DNA of 63,480 nucleotides, counting the filler, from Octopus bimaculoides (taxonomy: Eukaryota): NCBI RefSeq assembly GCF_001194135.2. It is 3 parts of 3 records of this genome, joined end to end, with 100 filler letters (N's around TTAATTAATTAA, not from the genome) between each part and the next. Parts side by side here need not be neighbours in the genome. Positions count along the whole stretch, not along the records: positions 1 to 25,739 come from NC_068983.1; 2 more parts are not named here. The stretch is one strand, 5' to 3'. Of this stretch, positions 12,343-25,727 are shown one piece after another (the first letter of the stretch is position 1; every line of letters starts with the position of its first letter). A program made the position numbers and the translations under genes. The notes under the pieces are model-generated. The model saw only the letters and a list, made by a program, of their open reading frames with translations. It was not told the origin of the DNA and searched no databases.

Positions 12343-13660
12343 AGAATAAGGGCAGGGAATCGTCAATTAATAATAGAATTAATAATTAACAATTTTGCCA
12401 AGTAGTTCAGTATGAAAAAAACCTTTATCGGTAAAACTATTTATCATCGTAAATATACAGGGATTAGCAATTGAGTTGCTTCTCCAACATACTGAAAATT
12501 TAGAAACAGCAGTCAAAGAACTACTGATTCTAAACTACAAATTTTTCTCTAAAACGGATGGCGATATTTATGGCACACNNNNNNNNNNNNNNNNNNNNNN
12601 NNNNNNNNNNNNNNNNNNNNNNNNNNNNNNNNNNNNNNNNNNNNNNNNNNNNNNNNNNNNNNNNNNNNNNNNNNNNNNNNNNNNNNNNNNNNNNNNNNNN
12701 NNNNNNNNNNNNNNNNNNNNNNNNNNNNNNNNNNNNNNNNNNNNNNNNNNNNNNNNNNNNNNNNNNNNNNNNNNNNNNNNNNNNNNNNNNNNNNNNNNNN
12801 NNNNNNNNNNNNNNNNNNNNNNNNNNNNNNNNNNNNNNNNNNNNNNNNNNNNNNNNNNNNNNNNNNNNNNNNNNNNNNNNNNNNNNNNNNNNNNNNNNNN
12901 NNNNNNNNNNNNNNNNNNNNNNNNNNNNNNNNNNNNNNNNNNNNNNNNNNNNNNNNNNNNNNNNNNNNNNNNNNNNNNNNNNNNNNNNNNNNNNNNNNNN
13001 NNNNNNNNNNNNNNNNNNNNNNNNNNNNNNNNNNNNNNNNNNNNNNNNNNNNNNNNNNNNNNNNNNNNNNNNNNNNNNNNNNNNNNNNNNNNNNNNNNNN
13101 NNNNNNNNNNNNNNNNNNNNNNNNNNNNNNNNNNNNNNNNNNNNNNNNNNNNNNNNNNNNNNNNNNNNNNNNNNNNNNNNNNNNNNNNNNNNNNNNNNNN
13201 NNNNNNNNNNNNNNNNNNNNNNNNNNNNNNNNNNNNNNNNNNNNNNNNNNNNNNNNNNNNNNNNNNNNNNNNNNNNNNNNNNNNNNNNNNNNNNNNNNNN
13301 NNNNNNNNNNNNNNNNNNNNNNNNNNNNNNNNNNNNNNNNNNNNNNNNNNNNNNNNNNNNNNNNNNNNNNNNNNNNNNNNNNNNNNNNNNNNNNNNNNNN
13401 NNNNNNNNNNNNNNNNNNNNNNNNNNNNNNNNNNNNNNNNNNNNNNNNNNNNNNNNNNNNNNNNNNNNNNNNNNNNNNNNNNNNNNNNNNNNNNNNNNNN
13501 NNNNNNNNNNNNNNNNNNNNNNNNNNNNNNNNNNNNNNNNNNNNNNNNNNNNNNNNNNNNNNNNNNNNNNNNNNNATATATATATATATATATATACATG
13601 TATGTATGTATGTATTTATGTATGTATTTATTCCTGTATGTATGTATATATTCATATGAA

Positions 13661-13960
13661 AGTGGTTAGGTTTTGCACACACGATTGCAAAATCTTAGGT
13701 ACGATTCCCAGAACGGGCGTTGCGTTGTGTTCTTGAGCAAATCACTTCATTTCAGGTTGCTCTGTGATCATTTCATTGTCTGATATGTGGTACACATTGC
13801 ACCTGTACAGGTAATTTCGATTTGATGGCGGATGTGAGCTTATGTGTAAACAAACATTTGATAACAATTAACAAATCATTTGTGTGGTTGTTCAGCAAGA
13901 CAATGCCGGACCCTCATACGCTGTCTAACGACGGGAGAATCCATGTCATATGTTTCGAAT
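13661..13960 (+). mobile_element. SINE family C1 (tRNA-like head, CORE-like central segment)
   Basis: GTGGTTAGG...GATTCC head, GTGTTCTTGAGCAAATCACTTCATTTCA centre; collinear with 20525-20800 through the tail. Confidence 0.7.
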
Positions 13961-14009
13961 TACATGCAATATATTATAATGCTGCTCTAGCTAGGATACT
14001 GTGAAAAAA

Positions 14010-16190
14010 TTCAATATATACAAGAAGCAGTCATACGCAACACTGGCAATTATTCCAATTGTATCGGCCGTAACTGTCTATCGTATTGCCTTTTTCGATG
14101 TTTTTCAGGCGCAGCACTGTCCCACCCAGTGTCAACCACTCTGGTGTTACTTGGTCAGTATTTATCAAGGTGGTGAGTTGCGCAGCTATTGGTGCATAAC
14201 ATTCACCAAATCGTTTGATCCAGTAGCCTTGAAATCCATCTGGTCCCCGGGCTTCCAGCTGCCCATTTTGTTGCTGATTTCCTTTACTTTCCTAACTGAA
14301 ATGACTAGTTCTGCCTGTTTTGGACAGACTACTGTTTCTTTCAGTTCTTACAACCATTCAGCATCCTTCTTGTGCTTCTTGTCTTGGCTCCAGATCTTGA
14401 ATCCCTTCTGATCTACTCTGAATAACCTATTCTGATGGTAACCCTTCATTCTTTGGTCGTATCCTACCATCGTTGCTTTATTTGCAACGTGGCGCTGTTT
14501 CAGTTTCTCCATTACTAATTTGAGGCCCTTTCTTTCAGTATTATACTTCCTTTCCAGCGCCCTGTATTTTTGTTTGCATTTACGATCCTCTTTCTCTTTT
14601 CGGTCTAACACAGAGATTTTCTCCGAGAGCCTGACTAACCCTGACTGGATTCTTCTTTTCCACCCTGAATCTTTTATTTTGTCACTCCCATTATGTTTCT
14701 TTTTCTTGACATCAACACCCACATTTTCTGCTACAACAATACTTGGTACCTTGAACAAATTATTTGTTTCTGTGATGTTGTTTGTTCTGATGTATTTCAG
14801 AATTTCATTGACAATTTTCGTTTCTCGGTTCAATTTCCATCGATCAACCTATTTAAGGTTGCAAACGATGTCGTTATTGTTCTCCTGTAGTCTTGCCCTT
14901 ATTCTGTCGTTGATTGACTTTCGTTCATTTATCAAGTCGCCATTAGTTTTATTGTATTCTTTTAGACCATCTATATGTCTCTCACCAAGTAAACTACCAC
15001 TGCTCCTTTCCTGTACTATGGGATTACTCTTATTAGTAAGACCTGTATTTTCATTGTTATCTCTGATGCTATTTCCAAAACACGTCTTTTGATAGCTTTT
15101 TAGATCCTGTAGTTCTGTTGGGTCAATTTCTGTGTGACTTTCTTTATCTATCTGATTTTCATATGCATTAGTGTGAATGGTTGGTTCAGAGATTATTTCA
15201 CTTTACTTATCAGTTACATTAACTCTGTCAATCATTATTGCGTTTTCATCAGCTCTGGGCTTTTCTAGAATTATTTCCTCTGTAGTATCCTCCTTAGCTG
15301 CAGCTTCGTTCCTTTTTATCCCTTACTGATTGTTTAACTTGGTCAATCTCTAATTTAGTTAGTAATTTCCTTTTGATAATGTTTCTTCTGACGTTGGCGA
15401 GTTTGTTACTGTCTATGTAGGGTCTTCCTTCAAAGTGTTTCTGTCTTCAGTTTACGTAGGTTTGTACAGTATTAGATTTATTTGTGGGGAAATATATTGC
15501 ATGTTAGAAGGCCGTAAGCACTTCACTATTATCTCCTCTTGACCATTTTCCATTCTTTATCTTTTGGTTATTTGATGACGAGCATGGATAGCCATCTGTT
15601 GGAATATACCGGTTGTGTGGTAGTTCCATCTCCTGTCTTTCTAGAAGATTTAAATCAGTAGCTGATTTTTCGTATCGAATCTGGTTCATCATTCGAGTAC
15701 GTGTTCTTGGTGTTCCGGTTGACGACCAATTCGGTTTGTATTTTGCTTTGTTATCATTGATGCATAACGAGTTTGGACGTTGACATTAGGGACGGGTCTA
15801 TCTGTTTAGTGTTTATTCTTTGAGAAAACGCCGTCTCCGAGTTCTCTGCATCTAAACATTGAGCGTAACGTAGCTTTTTAAGGCTACGACATCTGTATTC
15901 TTCTGTATTTGGTTTGTTGATGGATTTATCTCTGGGCATAGTTGTTTGTGGTGTTTTTAACCTTATGAATTATTCACTCTGTCTGTGTTAATTCAAAAAA
16001 ATTAGAAAACATAGTTTTGTTTTGTTTTTGTCTTTTGTTTTTGTTTTTGCTTCGTTTGTGACACGTGTTTTCATATGCGTGAATGAGTGCCCTGTCAATT
16101 GCACGTAGTTGTGTAAACATTGAGATGCATGTGTAGTCCTATGGGTATTAAAAATGCATATATGATTGTTTAGATATTCGATTGTATGCG
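14010..16190 (-). mobile_element. 5' half of a decayed R4/Dong-type REL retrotransposon
   Basis: Minus strand: GKWSRGDNSEV...KLANVRRNIIKRKLL; TNNITETNNL; GWKRRIQ; LKQRHVA...HQNRLFRVDQK; PGPDGFQGYWIKRF...PEWLTLGGTVL. Breaks off near the start of RT. The 5' end abuts a (TAA)n tract. Confidence 0.8.
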
Positions 16191-16235
16191 TATTATTATT
16201 ATTATCATTATAATTAGTATTATAATTATTATTAC

Positions 16236-16292
<57 letters not shown>

Positions 16293-16308
16293 CATTATTA
16301 TTATTATG
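16190..16308. repeat. (ATT)n / (TAA)n microsatellite
   Basis: Direct reading. Confidence 0.95.
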
Positions 16309-17451
16309 GAAATAATATTTTTAACGAATAACTTTGAAGTATAGTAATGACTGTTGCATATCATTTGTTCCTTCTGTCTGATGAAAGATGAAATATTTAC
16401 TACAGTCCACGTCTTTCATTTTGATACATAAAATATACGCACAGAACTCTCTTACAAATGCTGGAACGAGCGCTGCATATCTCAAAACGATATTAACGTA
16501 CATTTTATTTAATCGACAATAACGGCTATAATGAAAGCCTGTGAGCACATTCTCAAATTACATTTGAAAACATGGTCATCTAAGAAATTTTCTTTCATTA
16601 CTTGGTGGTATCCAATTAGTCTTCTTAAAGACAAATTTCTCTGATAGACATACATCCTCTCAAAGTAATAAGAAATAGCTCTGCAACAGTATTTTGTTAA
16701 TGGCTCACCAGCAATTGACATCAAACAAACTAACCAATGAAAATGAAGACGCACTAATTGCCGTAGCAATACATTGAATAAACCGCCTTTGAGAAGTCAT
16801 AGAAAAATATTTTAAGAGTTGAAATAAGAAAATAAATAAATAAAGCAACAGTATGTTGGTGAAATGAAATTTCTTCTCTAAACACGCCAGTAACTGACGT
16901 TCATGCATAGTGATAGATAGGGATGCTACAGATAGTTATAGTATGGAGCATGATATTGCATGTTAGATCTGTCCGTCGTTATTTTTGTTGCTACTTCAAA
17001 TCACATCAGCCAGATGGGCACATCAATAACCTTATGACCTGTCGCTCACACGGATTTACTTCTTTTTTTTGATACGGTGAATAAAGGACTGCATTATTCA
17101 GTATTCCATGCAAGTTTTAAAACAGTGGAGTATGATATCAGATAATGGCAGCGCCTAATGCTTGCATGTCTTTCACTAGTTCTATAGTTTTCCAGTGCAT
17201 TAATTTACAGGCAAGGTAATGCACAGAAACGTATTTCATAATCGTTAATGATACTTCTAATCATACAATGACTTAATCCTTTACATAACTTTCATTTATT
17301 AATTTCCATACACTTCCCTTTGGCATACTCCCAAATGTGCCTATAGCATATACAACGTTCATATTTCTTAGGAAATACATTAGTCTAATATTGTTCACTA
17401 AGTGGTAAAATATTTGAAATTCTGTATGAATGTAAAAAATATTTTTATCAG

Positions 17452-17532
17452 ATTGCATTCAAGCGCAAGTGGAAGGTGTTCTTGGAATTCCCAAAAGCCA
17501 ATGTAGAAATATCTGTACAATATGAAGAGCAG
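17452..17532 (+). CDS. Candidate exon of unidentified + strand gene (IAFKRKWKVFLEFPKANVEISVQYEEQ)
   Basis: atttttatcag|ATT...CAG|gttaaa, 81 nt, phase 0-0, continues the frame of 5425-5506. Confidence 0.6.
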
Positions 17533-19289
17533 GTTAAAGATGTGTACAAATTAATTAGAAATATAAACTAAAATAATAATTATTATTTTTTCTGAAGTTC
17601 AATAGCATTTATAAGACTTTCTTAAATAGATTCAGTCGGTTGAGATAGAAGTACAATATTATGCTTTCTTATATTGGCCTATCAGGTGTACAAACATAAA
17701 AAGATGTGGCAACAATTAAAAAGTATATTTATAATTCAATAAGAATGTGTTGTTTCCAATTTAAGTGAAATAGATAGTTGTTCTGAAAAATGTATATGTA
17801 GCATGTACAACCTTGGACAGTAACTTGCTAAAAGCATTGGTGATAAAAGTGAATAATTATACCAGCAACTATGCTCATTTTTAACAATTATTTTGTGGCA
17901 TACAAGAGTTGTTTTATATTACAGTAGCCAATTATTAATTACACATTGCTATTTCTGACTATAAAGGTCTATTTTCAATTATATTTGAGCGACAAAAAAC
18001 TCGTGATGTCTTTACACAAACAGTATGCCAGTAGATGTTACCCATTGTGTCGTTTATATTTTATGACAAATGGACATAATCTCTAGCACTGTAAAAGATC
18101 ATATAAAACCTCTCTCAGCAATTGGGCACGAAATCGGACTACTTTACAGAGGAAGTTTCACACAGGTCTCAATAAATAGTGGAATTTAATCTGGCAATAA
18201 ATATTAAAGACACAAGTCTTTAATTTAATGTTCTATTGATTCTGCTAATTCACTTCATTTACAATGATGTAGTTGATAGCCAGGAGATGTAGTTGTTTTC
18301 TTTTTTCTATGAAGTAGAGTAGCGGAGCATTGTAGTGCATTGAGTTAACATTTTGTATTCTGTATGTTTTACAAGCTTTATAATTTCCATGCTACTACTG
18401 CTTGCCAATTAATGTTTCAAGTGTACAACATTTAGTTTTATTATAAATTACCTTTACACTATTTCTGTTTATGCAGCTATAATTATGCACCAATCATTGT
18501 TTATGACGGTAATTTCGTCTTTGATAACACTGTTACATGTGTTTTGGTGTTAAACTATTCTTATTGAAGCTGTTCTTACTGATTATGTTGATGCTCTTTT
18601 TATCGTCATTGCCCTTGTTTTTTCCTGAAGTTCAATTATATTTACTGACAACACTTTTGAAGAAGATCTTCATGCTGGAATTGTTTTTATCAAAGCGTTA
18701 CAATTAATCCCCTCACACTTTTGACGTGTTCTAAGTTCTTGTAATTTCATATACCGTACTTAATAAGAAATCGTAAATAAAATTATAAATACTATATATA
18801 ACACAGATGAAAATTGTTAAAATTTATTAGTGATGAAAAATATAAAGCGATTCCTTAACAAATAATGCAAAACTTTTAACTACTATTAATCAACAGATAT
18901 TATGTAAACGAGCGAGATAATGGTTGCCATATTTTGCAAAACAAAGTCATTAGAGCGACATACACAGTTATAAGCCGTACTTTCGTAAAAGAAATCGCAT
19001 AAGCCTCTTAGTTACTGTCACAATGGGAAGGAACTATACATTCAATCAACGGAGGAAACTTGAAAACAAAATCTTCACATGGCTTCAATATCTTTTTAGT
19101 TTCGTTTGATTTTAATTCGCCATAACAGTTTCTTTTTAGACTTGCTGCTTGCTATTTTATTTTTGTAACTTCATTCGTGTTATATTAGTCTTTCTTTGTT
19201 CCGTTACATTTTCTGAGAGTATCATTATCATCAACCTCATCATCTACATCATTGCAGCTATCACCGACATCGCCGTTGTTGTCGTTGTT

Positions 19290-19320
19290 ATCCTCCTCCT
19301 CCTCCTCCTCCTCCTCCTCC

Positions 19321-19363
<43 letters not shown>

Positions 19364-19365
19364 TA
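19290..19365. repeat. Compound (CCT)n(CAT)n microsatellite
   Basis: Direct reading. Confidence 0.95.
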
Positions 19366-20524
19366 TTGATGATTGTTGCTGTTGTATTGCCAACATCACC
19401 ATTGCTGTTGCTTTTAGTTTGTTCTCATTGGTGCTAATGTATTAATTTTCCGTTTGATATTTTTTATTGTTAGACATTATGAAGAGTTTTTCTTTTTTTT
19501 TTTTAATGGCGAGGAAGGGATGAGAAAGATTACGTTATTAGTTTGTTTCAACATTTATTTTGTTTATACGAGCATAGTTGTTGACTCTTATTTGCATTTT
19601 GTTTTCGTTTTGGTTTATTTTCGTGTCGCTTGGTTGTTGGTTAAATGTGTGTCCATAATGATTAGACGGAGAACAAAAGCTTTTTTTTGCAGTTAAAGTA
19701 GACGAAGTCGCCTAATGCGAGCATAAACTTTCCAAGACAGATTGACATGCAAATTAAAAGCTTATTTCACATACGCACCCACATGCACTAACATACGCAC
19801 ACAGGAAACTCTACAACTTCACACATAAGTATTGATGTGCACATGGACATACACACAGACATACACGTATGCGTGTGTGTTTGGAAGTAAATGATTTGTA
19901 TACATAAGCATGATATACATATTTTTACTTAGGTAAATATATTCACTTAACACGTAAGTATTCATACACTCTTTCTTTCTTTCTTTCTATATTTCTTTGT
20001 CTCTCACACACATATATGTGTGTATTTGAGCGATAGAGAGAGGTAGAGAAAGACACTGTATATATTCATGTATAAATGATTATGCATACAGTGTACATAG
20101 AGAAGAAGAGAATGGGAAATAGAAGGCGAGCGAAATAAGATATAATAACTCTAATCTATTAAAACGTTTCCTCATACATTTATAAATATACATCACCAAC
20201 TCATTATGCTAAAAGATTATGCTAAGACCTTATTAATGATGTGTTTTTCCAGTCTCCAAATACTTTCTCTGTTATTTGTCAAAATAAAGAAAAGGCATAC
20301 TTCAGAACAAAATGTTGGGACGCAGAAATAAATTTGAGAATAAAAAGAAACTTTGACAGTTGTAAAGTGGCAATAGAGTAATCGGATGACGATTACAAAT
20401 AGCTAGATGACGAATTCTGAGAAGATACGAATTGTCCAATGACAGATATATTGAATTGTTAAGAAGAGAGACAACTGGTGATTTGTTTATTAATTAGCTG
20501 TGGCTTATGAACAACCTCTTCGAG

Positions 20525-20800
20525 TACGCATGGATCAGTGGTTACGGTTTTGCACTCACGATTACCAGTTCGTGGTTTCGTGGACGAAGTGGTGTGTTGT
20601 GTTGTTAAGTAACACTTCATCTCACATTGCTCTGCAATCACTTCGACACTTGACGTGTGATACACCTGTACATATGCTCCAGCAACGTCAATTTGATGGA
20701 GGGAGGGAGTTAATGTACTGCATATACATTTGATTACTATAAACAGATCATTTGTGCAGGTTGTTCAGTAAGAAACTCCAGAAACCTCTGTCTCGGACTA
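20525..20800 (+). mobile_element. SINE family C1
   Basis: Collinear with 13661-13960 (head, CACTTCATCTCACATTGCTC centre, CATTTGAT...GTTGTTCAG tail). Confidence 0.7.
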
Positions 20801-21499
20801 CGAGAGATTATCATCATTGAATTCAAATGGGAAATGATATAATAGGTAGAAATGACTGGTGTGACATTAAGGAAGAATGGTTATTTGGAAATCCAGTGTG
20901 CTCCTCCTAATTCATTTTTCCTTCTATTACTGCATATTTAATATTTAGTACTATCAGCTTAAACAGTTGTAATTTCTCGCCCGATCAGCGTGCCTTTCTC
21001 ACTTAAATTTTACAATAATACAGTGTAGGTTTTCCCACTTTCTGTGGATAGGACAAGTTCACTTGGCAGTATAAACGCTGTGAATGCACTATGCAATACG
21101 TACTTACTATGCCATATCTATTGAGGGGTAGGCACATTTGTGTGAATGCTCCATTTACAGAGATGTTTAAAAGTTTGATCTTTTTAAGATTCGTTTTAAA
21201 ATTCTTACGGAAGACATGTCTTTGTCAAGATCGTCTCTTTAGCAAAACTGCATCAAGACAACAATGAAACTACATTACAAGCATCATTAATGTGCTCATG
21301 CACTCAACGGATTCTATCATTCAATAGCAATGAAATCATCGAAAGTTCTATGTTAAAAATATTTAGATGGAAACGAACAATGAAGTGTTACTTGGATAAC
21401 ATCAGGAAATGATCAGCCTTTTATTACTGCCATGTGACAATAATGGATGATGATAGACACTAAAGCCAAAGAAATGTTGTCAGTTGAAATCATGCACAA

Positions 21500-21990
21500 C
21501 ACTGAAATGCTTCTGCACCCGCTCTTCAAGAGTCCGAACAACGGTGGCTTCTGACGTTATGTTGAGCAGCTTTTGTTTCTTGTATGACGGATTCGGCTAT
21601 CGACCCGATCCATCGGAAAGACAGACATGCTCCACTTTGTCAATTGTTTAATTTCACAAACAGTTTTCCTGGTAGACGATCTTAATATGATCGAGGACAG
21701 AAATTTTGCATCTTCAGTCAATTCCTCGTTGACAGTTTCAAATGTCACTTTCCAATGTTATTAAGAGTCCCGAAAGAAGATATCGTTTCCACTGAAATTA
21801 TCAAAAGGAATTAACTATTGCCAAACGATTAAAATGGATGGAACTACACAAGGAATGCACTTATAAGTTAGAAGACAAGGGATAGGAAAGGACTCTTTCT
21901 TTAATGGCCCGGCTTATTTTTGGGATTCATTGGTAAACCTTAGTTAGATTTCCACATATCAGAAGCATTGTGTTACTCATGTGAATTTAC
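21500..21990 (+). mobile_element. Possible highly decayed Tc1-type transposase relic
   Basis: Only KRLKWMELHKE (~21825-21860) resembles the RLxWAxxHxxW motif; the rest is frameshifted. Confidence 0.25.
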
Positions 21991-23364
21991 TGACTTTTAT
22001 ATCACACTGAGTATATTATTGAAGTATTTATTATTATCTACTACTTACCAGAATTAAGCACCGAATGTGTTTTGTTAAAATTCTATTTAATTTTATCGAG
22101 TAACTTTAAATCAGTATGGTTATTTCTCCACCGAGATCTGCTCCGAAGAGAAATCACATTGAACAAAACAAAACAACTTCGAAGCACGAAAAAAAAAATG
22201 ATTCATTAATTAACAATGATTGAAAATGAAGCAAGAGAAATAACATGGCTTTTGATTTTCTTTTTTTTTTTCCTCAAAAAAGTAGTATATTTCCACACAC
22301 TGGTTGAAATAAAATTAAAAATAAAACGCAAAATTTCGCGGCGCTAAGCAAGTACAATTTCATTGAGGCGCCCTCCACTCGCTGTTGATCAGAGAGCGCG
22401 TAAGAAGAGGAAGTACATTCCTGTGAATTGTTAAAACCAAGAAATAGTTTGAGACATCCCAGTCAGGCTCTAAGATAATTTTTGAAATTGGAAGAGGGAC
22501 GCGTACAGCACTATGCCTCATCTTCAGAAGTAAAACATAAACAACACCCACACATTAGTGTGTATAGCGAAATCATGTAGAGCACAGGACACATGCAGAC
22601 ATTCATGCTAAAAAGAAAGATGTCAATGACTAATGAATGCAATCGGAAACAGGATTAAAATATACGAGAAGGTGTATTCATGATGTGAGAGGAAACGGCC
22701 TCTGCTTGGATAATCTCTGTTTAAATGAATCTACTTCATATTAAGAAGAGGTTGGTGTTGTTGAAGCTGCAAAAATGTGTAGAAGGCAGGGGGAATTTAT
22801 CTCCCATCCAGGTAAGTTAATCATTAAAAGCATTGTTTCCTTCTCAAAAGGTTGTTTATGTTTTATTTTACTGTAAACAATTTTTGGCAAACTTCCATTG
22901 CTGCCATAAAAACTGTACACATTATTATTTGATAATTTTGTGCAGCCTCTCCAAACACAGTAAATTTCAGACAGAGAGTCATGTGTACATTAAAATAAAA
23001 GTTATGCATGAGTCATATATTAAACACGATCTCATTAGATCCTATTTAGCAAAACGGTGGTTAGACATAGTTTTAGAATTTTGAACAAGTCATCACCTAA
23101 GTTTACTCTCTGGAAGTTGGTCACTGAATTGCAGAAATTTGCCAGCAGTAGTCACTCATACATTTATAAATTGAATTTGCCCAAACGTTTAGCAGAACTT
23201 TATCCAGTTCCTTCAGCAAGAGAATCAGTGCGTTGCTTTCAAGGACATATTAGCCAAGTGGCGATGCTATTTTCCTGCTGACCTTAATGCGAATGCAATG
23301 CATCCAGCAAATATTGAAATATATAAAAATAAAAACACAAAAATATTTTCGGTGTCTTTTTCAG

Positions 23365-23447
23365 GAATTTCGGTTTCAAAGGACATCATCTTATGTATTC
23401 TGTGCTATAAGTGCATATCAAGCGGCTATCGTACGAGGAAATCTTCA
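23365..23447 (+). CDS. Candidate exon of unidentified + strand gene (EFRFQRTSSYVFCAISAYQAAIVRGNL)
   Basis: Strong acceptor gtgtctttttcag|G, donor TCA|gtaatt, 83 nt, phase 0 to 2. Confidence 0.5.
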
Positions 23448-24319
23448 GTAATTTAATATTACAGACCCTCGTGTAAACCGGGTTAGATATGAGAGTCTAA
23501 ACCATCTCAGTGAAGTACAACCGACTAAATCGAAACATTCCCATCAAAATGTATACAAAACTTATGTACTTACGGCATGTTGAATGCCTAGAATTAAAGC
23601 AATGGTATGTTTCCGATTTCGTTTGCGACTGTAAACCACTCTGAAGCAGTTGACGTTACAGGTAATATGTCTGAAAAACAGATGGTGAAGATATCTGAGA
23701 AGTAAAATAATGGACAGAGACATAGTAATGAACTTCACCAAAAACGAACGTACTTTTTTGACTAAGAATACAAACAGCAAAAATGCTAGCGTACGTGGAA
23801 ATCAGAATTATGACTTTCAAATTTGTCTTCAAAAGAAAGTCCATCTGTTCTCTATCTTTTCCTACTCTGTGCCTAATAGAAAGACTGAATTGTTTATACA
23901 GGGACGCTCTCGTCTCTCTGACCGTAAATTTGAGTTTCAGTTTATTTGTTTATTGTACTGAGCACTATATATGAAAGAGACGAAATCACTGAAGTGTCCA
24001 ACTGAGTAAAGCTATAATTTTAGATCTTTAGAATGTGAAAGATAGACAAGGTTTAAAGGTATGCATACATGACGAAATACATTAGGAGAAACATAGTGTG
24101 AGGTTAAAGCATTCTCTGATTGATTCAACTGGATCGGAAGCAAGAATACAATTTGAATGAATAAAAAGGCGTGATACAGGGTGAAAGACAATAAGGAGAA
24201 AAAGAAGAGTCGCTGGCAATGTATGTATATGTTTTATCTGAAACACTTTTACATGTTTAAGTTATTGCATCGCGGCCGTTCTCTGACTCGGGGAAATACA
24301 CACACGTACATATAAATTG

Positions 24320-24604
24320 TGACTGTGTGGTAAGAAACTTACTTCCGAATCACATGGTTCTAAGTTCAGTTCCACTGTGTAGCACGTTGAGCAAATGTTT
24401 TCGACTGTAGCCCTTCGGGACAGCCAAAGACATGTGAGTGGATTTGATAGACGGAAACTGAAAGAAACCCGTCGTTTATGTAAATATGCGTGTGTGCGTG
24501 CGCGTGTGGGCCCGTGTGTGCGCGTGTGTTTATGAGTCTTTGTGTCTGTGTATGTCTCCACCAATATTTTACAACCGTTACTGGTGTGTTTACGTCCCCG
24601 TAAC
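24320..24604 (+). mobile_element. SINE family A, lacking the 3' tail
   Basis: Head and body match other copies up to TACGTCCCCGTAAC. Confidence 0.85.
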
Positions 24605-25574
24605 AGTGATTTGCAAAGTAAAAAGTAATAGCTACATACATACACACATACAAATATACATACATACATACAAACATACAAACATACATAGGCAGTATCT
24701 GCTAAGTGACTAGAGGAAATATTCTCAATTGAAATTTTCTATAACTTTGGAGAAGTAAAACAACACACACAAAAAAGTCTAGTAATAATAATTACGAAAT
24801 GAAAAAAAAAGGACTATTAGGATAGCTGACAATCCAAAGAGTTAGAATCCCTACTAAGCATTGCAATTAATCATTCTTTGAAATTAATACGAAATTTTAT
24901 TAATTCTCTCCTGTTTCCTGCGAGATTCAGTAAAAGTACTGTTAGATTTTTCGTTTTATTTTACAATCAACACGCGAATTTTATTTCGTTCAGAAATATT
25001 TGCTTGTGTGATTTCAATACATCACCTATCTCGATAATTTGAATTCCGCGACTTAGTCCGTTTGAGTTATTTCTGTTATCTCACCCATCGGAATTATACC
25101 ATCTAGCGTTCATCAAATATGTTCGTAACTCAATTTACGCTTATAAAATATATTTCTTCACTAATCAAGCATCATGGAAAAAAATTATCTTCGTGGTGTT
25201 GATTGAAAAGATCGAAATATTACAATAGAATTCGCTGTGACAACTAACTTGCATCAAAATGTCTTTAAGGGGAAAAGTTAAATTTTTGCGTGAAATTCAT
25301 CAAAAGGTATCTCGTATTTTCTCCGGTTTTATTAGAGAATTTGTAACTGTTGCAGCTTGGTTTCATGTTAACTTTCTCGGACAAAGTGGCAGTTTAATTC
25401 ATTCAAAATATATATGCATTTCTTAGACGAATAACCTAACAGTACGACAGCGGCGCAGCTGAACTATTTCCCTTGCCTTACCTTTTGTATGTGTCTATAT
25501 GTGTGTATATATATATATATATGATAGAAATATGTTAAAAAAACAAAATAGAAACTACACGTGGAAATGTAAGG

Positions 25575-25689
25575 GGAAAGTAAGCAGAAAAATAAGAGAA
25601 AAAGCACATTGGAAATCAAAAAGAAAGTAACCCTTACCTTCATTTTGATTTCCAATGTGCATTTTCTCTTATTTTTCTGCTTACTTTCC
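25575..25689. repeat. Inverted repeat, 56-bp arms, 3-nt loop
   Basis: 25575-25630 pairs with 25634-25689, 3 mismatches. Confidence 0.9.
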
Positions 25690-25694
25690 ACTCC

Positions 25695-25727
<33 letters not shown>

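Noticed and set aside
12476-13736. Long 200-400 aa ORFs spanning N runs (also 32016, 33313, 42821, 47657, 51916, 58090, 61009)
   Set aside because: They are open only because N codons are not stops.
14520-15092. 190-aa + strand ORF
   Set aside because: Antisense shadow of the A-rich R4/Dong coding strand.
23511-23605. Exon-like segment KYNRLNRNIPIKMYTKLMYLRHVECLELKQ with strong donor ATG|gtatgt
   Set aside because: It starts in phase 1 and fits the model only through a weak alternative donor near 23410 in the previous exon; left out pending RNA evidence.
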